DNA from: the human T2T-CHM13v2.0 reference genome, Homo sapiens
Strand: one strand, 5' to 3'
DNA length: 64,000 bases
NCBI RefSeq assembly: GCF_009914755.1
Contig: NC_060931.1
Part shown: positions 57,841-64,000 of the stretch, piece after piece
Layout: the number at the start of each line of letters is the position of its first letter
Position numbering within the stretch: position 1 is the stretch's first letter
The notes under the pieces: generated by a model
What the model saw: only the letters and a program-made list of their open reading frames with translations
Told to the model about the DNA's origin: nothing
Databases searched by the model: none
Made by a program: the position numbers and the translations under genes

Positions 57841-58402
57841 GATAGACCTGTGTCTGGAAATTCCTGCCACTCTAGGATGACAGAGGCCCATATGTTGACT
57901 ATTAGGGCATAAACCAAGATTCACTTAAGCCTGTCATCCAATAGGCTGTTTCTCCTCTGGTTGTCTTACATGTTGTCATTAATGACACAGATTTATTGAG
58001 GGAACTAAAGTATGTTAAAGAGCAAATGTTAGAGACCGCACATTCATCCACTGGTCAGGCTCACCCCTTCCTCACATTTGGACTGCACAGCTTAAGCTAC
58101 ATAGGAAAGACAATATCTTCACTTATCTCAGATGATTTTATTCAGTGTTTTCGTAAGTTGGAAAAGTTTGACTGGCACAGGAAAGCATGTCCCATTAAAT
58201 TAGCAAATCTTGTAATGGAATTAAAGTTGTTCTGGTCAGACTCTGTGAGGCTTTCCATATCTGGCACTACATAGCCTACTCAAAGCTATTTCCCACTGTA
58301 GTCCACCTATACCTGCTAACCAGGGTATCTCTTCACTGTCCCACTGAGGTGACTTTCTGATGTCACAGTCATGTAGACTGTTTCCTCATAAGAGTTACTC
58401 TC

Positions 58403-58701
<299 letters not shown>

Positions 58702-59040
58702 TTACTCTCATCTGCTGCATTGGCCTTTCCTGTAACTCCTTCCATCAGAAGTCTTCCCATCCTTCCAGATTCAGGCCTACTTCAGCATTTTCTATACAGC
58801 ACTTTCGGTCTGCAAGCCCAGCTAACCTCCTTCATTAGGCCTGTAATGCACATCACGCCACAGGGTTCATGCACTGTTTGGAAATATTTGATCATTTTTT
58901 CATGCATCTTGTCTCCCCAGGGACAGGGGTTGGGTCTTATGCTTTCTTCTTATGCTTTCTTCTATATACTGTGTGGTCAACACATATGTGCTGATTTATT
59001 AAATATTACATTAAAAATAGTGTCTTAAAAATTTAGATCA

Positions 59041-59343
<303 letters not shown>

Positions 59344-60387
59344 TTAAGATCAGCTTTCCTTTTGCCTGATGAGGGCACATTTCTCCAGGGACTGGTCACC
59401 CAGTCTTCAGGCACCATGGTGGCAGCAGACCAGCTAAACCTTGGCTCTGTTAAAATGATCTTGCTTGGTATATGGAAAACACATACCAAAAACGTGGCAC
59501 ATTTTTAAATGATAGAAATTAAAAATGACAACTTAAGAAAGTTTGTGGTATCAATTTAAGGTTCTGTTATTGCAAACTTAATTAAACTTAATAATTAATT
59601 CATTCACTTACTGAATCAAAGGAACCTTAGAAATTGCTAGATGAAACAGCCATTTCTTAAGAGACCCAGAGAAGTTAATTTGCCCATTAGTCCAATTGGA
59701 GAAATAGTGATATGCAGCAATCTGTAGCACCAAAGTCTCCTTATAGATCACACAGGGCTCTTTCCCTAATAATATGAAATTTGCATATCTTTAAAAAAGA
59801 TATTTACCAGTACAAAATAGGTGTCATGGGGAAAGCTTAAATGAAGTAAGCAAATTTGTTATTTTAAAGTATTTTAACGTCATCCTTTTGTTTGCAACAC
59901 ATTTAATTGGTAATTCGAAATGAGTAGTTTCTATTTCCAAAATACAAAGATAAAAGGGCATCTATTTGGTAAAGTATTTGTCAGTAGTTCAAACTATGTC
60001 AAAGAATTAGAAATAAGAAAATAAACATTTTTTTCCTGAAAAGTATCTTTTTTTTTAGAAAAAAAATCCTTTTTTCAGTATTCACAATTCAATCTGATTA
60101 CCACTGTCAATTCAAATTAAGGCACATTTTAGTGTATCCTAAAAATATAGTAATTCTACTAAGTTTGTATTTTAAAAATAACACAGATTTATAGATTCTG
60201 CCTACAACATCAAAGAGCATTGGATGTGAAAAGTATTTTTGCTGTTAATATGAGAATTAGGAACTACTCAGGGAGGCCACTGATAGTAGTGAGTGAAAAA
60301 TGCCCCTCCAAGAGTAAAAGAACTGAGTCTCTGCTGCCAGTTAAAAGCGATAGATATAGTCTGCTGATGCATTAGTTCACGTTAGAC

Positions 60388-60693
60388 TTTTTTTTTTTTT
60401 TTTTTTTTTTTTTGAGACAGAGTCTTGCTCTGTTGCTCAGGCTGGAGTTCAGTGGCACAATCTCGGCTCACTGCAAGCTCTGCCTCCCAGGTTCACGCTA
60501 TTCTCCTGTCAGCCTCCTGAGTAGCTGGGACTACAGGCGCCCACCACAACGCCCGGCTAATTTTTTTGTATTTTTAGTAGAGACGGGGTTTCCCCGTGTT
60601 AGCCAGGATGGTCTTGATCTCCTGACCTCATGATCCTCCTGCCTCGGCCTCCCAAAGTGCTAGTATTACAGGCGTGAGCCACTGCGCCCGGCC
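60388..60693 (-). mobile_element. Alu (AluY/Sc-like)
   Basis: Long T-tail, tgcaagctc, gttagccaggatggtct; TSD ...agactttt. Confidence 0.92.
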
Positions 60694-60979
60694 CACTTGA
60701 GACTTTTTATCTCCAGGGGAATAGCCAGGCAAGCAACATCTGAAACTCCATAAATGCCTCATGAATGCGCCTGAATATGAGGAAAAATTCCATTGAACAC
60801 TTAAGCTTAAATGGGAATTTTCATAGGCTGTGAGTTAAAAGCTAAGCAGTGCTGGGTGGAGATGTGCCTAGTAATCCCCTTCAAAGGAACCAAGTTATCT
60901 TTAAGCTATGAAGCAGCGCTAACACACAGAAGAATGCAGCTAATCTAATGAAACTGTTTTATGTTTTTTTATAATTTGC

Positions 60980-61760
60980 CATTCAATTCACTTCAACACA
61001 TGTTTGTGTACTAGGAGTTGGGGAACTAGTGAGCAAGGCAGATACAGTTCCTGCCGTCACAGGATCCTCAGTGGACTCCATTGGTACAGGCAGGTCACAA
61101 ACACATGTTTATACAAATTCGCTATACACACTGTGGCACATGCTATGCTCAAAAGAACATAGCTCTGTTTGGACCTAGGGGTTGGTAGTAAGGATGGAGA
61201 AGCAGATAGGTCCTTGACACATTTAAGAGGTCCCAGTGGTACCCGGGATGATGGAGGTGACAAGGAAGGAGTGTAAGGAATGACTCGCAGGTTTATGCTT
61301 GACCATGGAAGTGGGTGGCAGGCAGTACCATTTTCTGAGATGAGGAGGGCTGGGGGAAAACAAGTTTCAGGGGACAGGGCAAATAAGGAGTCCAGTTTTA
61401 AGCAGAAGCAGGTTGATATAATTGTATGAAATCTGGGTGAAGCTGTCAAGCAGGGAATTGGATACAGGATGATGGTACAGAAGGCAGACAAGGACAGGGA
61501 CAGCATTTAAAACCATAGGAATGGAGAGACCAAACCAGGGAGAAAGTACAGAGAGAGAGCAAAGAGAGTTCAGACAGCCTGGAAGATCTTCAAAATTTGG
61601 AGAAGGAGAAACTAGCAACTGAAATCAGAAAGGACTAGTTATTGGAGCAGGAGGAAAAGCAGAGGAGTGTAGTTATAAAGTCAAGGAAATAAGACTGTTT
61701 TGGGAAGGAGGGAAAGGCTAATTATACTATATGCCACTAAAGAGTTTGAAAAGAAGGCTC
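60980..61760 (+). mobile_element. L2 remnants
   Basis: Purine-rich L2-like motifs; diverged. Confidence 0.5.
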
Positions 61761-63113
61761 AATGGATAGTAATTACTACTAATTCTAGAGTATAATCAAT
61801 AACTACCCATGAAAATGGTGACTTATAAGCCTCAGTGAAACATTTTTTTCTACAATTCTCTTCTGGTCTAGCTATCTTAGCACCTTTTAGATATCAATCC
61901 ATGAATTTCTATAAGTGTCAAAGCAGAAGGAGATGAATAACTTATTCTTTACCTTGTCAAAATGACATATATAAGATAAGACCTTATAACAGAGCAATGC
62001 AACAAGGACTGAAACCTAAACACCACCACTTTCCTGCCCCAGTGTGAGGGTTCTCCAGCACCTAGACTGTGTCCCAGTGCCTGGCTACTGCTTCAAGGAC
62101 CATGAAGTCGATGACACCACGAGGATAAGGACTGAGTCTGTTTTCCTCAATCCTGCGTTCCCAGTGATTATAAGAGTGTCTGGCACATAGGAGGATCTCA
62201 ATCAATATTTGTGCAATGAAGAAATGAGGGACTTAAGGTGTACAGGTTAGAACTTCACATATTAGTATCTAAGTAAGATCCACCCATTGCTATTGGCTGA
62301 CATATTTTTAATCATGTTTAATCATTAAAAACATGTTCCCTTGTTTTTAATCAGCTGGTGGGACACAATCCCGGCATTCATGAGCTTCTGCAAAGTAGGC
62401 CACACCACTGGGCATGAGAGAACACCAGTCTCTGAAAACCATGATTGGGATTGTGTACCCATGGGTTCTGAGTTCTGTTTGCCAAATATGATTTATGTGG
62501 GGGAAAAATGTGATACCTCGGTGCTTACACCATTCACAGCCTGGAGTTGTCAACCAGGCTTTTGGGTTTTTCGCAGGCAACAAATTAAACAATGACTGAG
62601 CTCCATTTGTTTTTTGAACTTGACTGGAGAAGAGGTGGAGTGTGGCTTGTTTCCTGCAGTTGGAGAGGAGACCTCAGGGTGACCTCTGGCCCAGGTCAGG
62701 GTTTTTACATCATAACTAGTGAAAGTGGCCTGTGATTAGGTGCAGACGCATTCTCTGGAGGGGAGAGCAGCAGCATTCCTCAGTTAGAGATGAACCTATC
62801 TGTACCTTAAGGGCTTCTTTGATTTACAGATGCCTGGAGCAGTAACCAGAGTAGATAACTATAGAGCCACCAGGATACTCATCCCAGACAGTCCAGCTTC
62901 CAAGATCTAGCCTCCAATTTGGCCTGCAAAATGTCACATGCACAACATCACACGGTTGTACGTACTCTTCAGATCTGAGCTGCATGGGGCGAGTAATTAT
63001 AGTTGAACCTCAGAGCACTCACTTTCTTCAGTTGAAGACTAGAGGAAAATGTCTTTTGCTGTTGTTCTTGCCATAATAATATCTTCCTTAATTGGTTTTT
63101 AAGCTTACTATTT

Positions 63114-63412
<299 letters not shown>

Positions 63413-63623
63413 AGCTTTCTATTTCTTAGGAGCAATCAAAGGCATTGACGCTTTTGAAAATCTGAGGGGCTTGTAATTGAAAAGGGCTTCAAGGCAACCT
63501 AACCAAAATGTGGGTGAAGCTTGATTCTGATTACTTTTGACCTCCCCTCTTTGTGGGCACCTCACCCCATAAAGTTCCCATGTCCTCATGCTGCCTCTTC
63601 ATCACACAGGACCTACTCCCAAC

Positions 63624-63870
63624 CACACTCACACACACACACACACACACACACTGGGACGTAAGTGGCACAGTGAGAAAGGTATGGGTTTTTGTTTTTA
63701 TTTTTTTTATTCTCACAGGCCATGCCATCTTGGGCAAGTTAAGTAACTTTGCGGAACCTCACTTTCCTTCTCTATAAATGGAGGTAATTGCCTTGAAGAG
63801 TCAGAGCATATGTACATAAGGTGTGTAGCGCAGGGCCTGACTCGCAGCAGGAAATCAACAAATGTTCTCG
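63624..63870 (+). repeat. (CA)n microsatellite followed by a MIR fragment
   Basis: CA run, then ttgggcaagttaagtaacttt...cctcactttccttctctataaatgg. Confidence 0.75.
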
Positions 63871-64000
63871 CATCCTTCTCCAGCTAGGTCTGTCCCCATC
63901 CAGGAATAACCTGGGGTCTCGACTCTGCAATTTTTCGCATCAAAGTTCACTAGCCTAGTAGCGTTACTTCAGGACTTCTCTAGAGGCTGACTTGGTAACT

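Overview
Human (primate) genomic DNA, recognisable as the 7q31.2 interval between two convergently transcribed genes. The left end holds the distal terminal coding exon and 3'UTR of ST7 (+ strand, ...HQLTRI*). The right end holds the last exon, 3'UTR and part of the last intron of WNT2 (- strand). The ~45 kb between them is mostly interspersed repeats (Alu, L1, MaLR/ERV LTRs, DNA transposons, L2/MIR). The most unusual structure is a three-level nest at ~33.8-36.3 kb: an old L1 remnant is interrupted by a full-length HNRNPA1 retrocopy, which is in turn split by a ~1.14-kb mosaic NUMT. The NUMT consists of four non-contiguous mtDNA pieces in mixed orientation (ND2-, ND2/tRNA-Trp+, ND4+, CYTB-) and is flanked by a perfect 17-bp target-site duplication. 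Next to it is an Alu that appears to have captured ~200 bp of unique DNA plus half of another Alu from 2.87 kb downstream. I found no evidence for a novel protein-coding system. Gene and repeat identities come from recalled sequences, not database searches. Repeat subfamily calls and most repeat boundaries are approximate.
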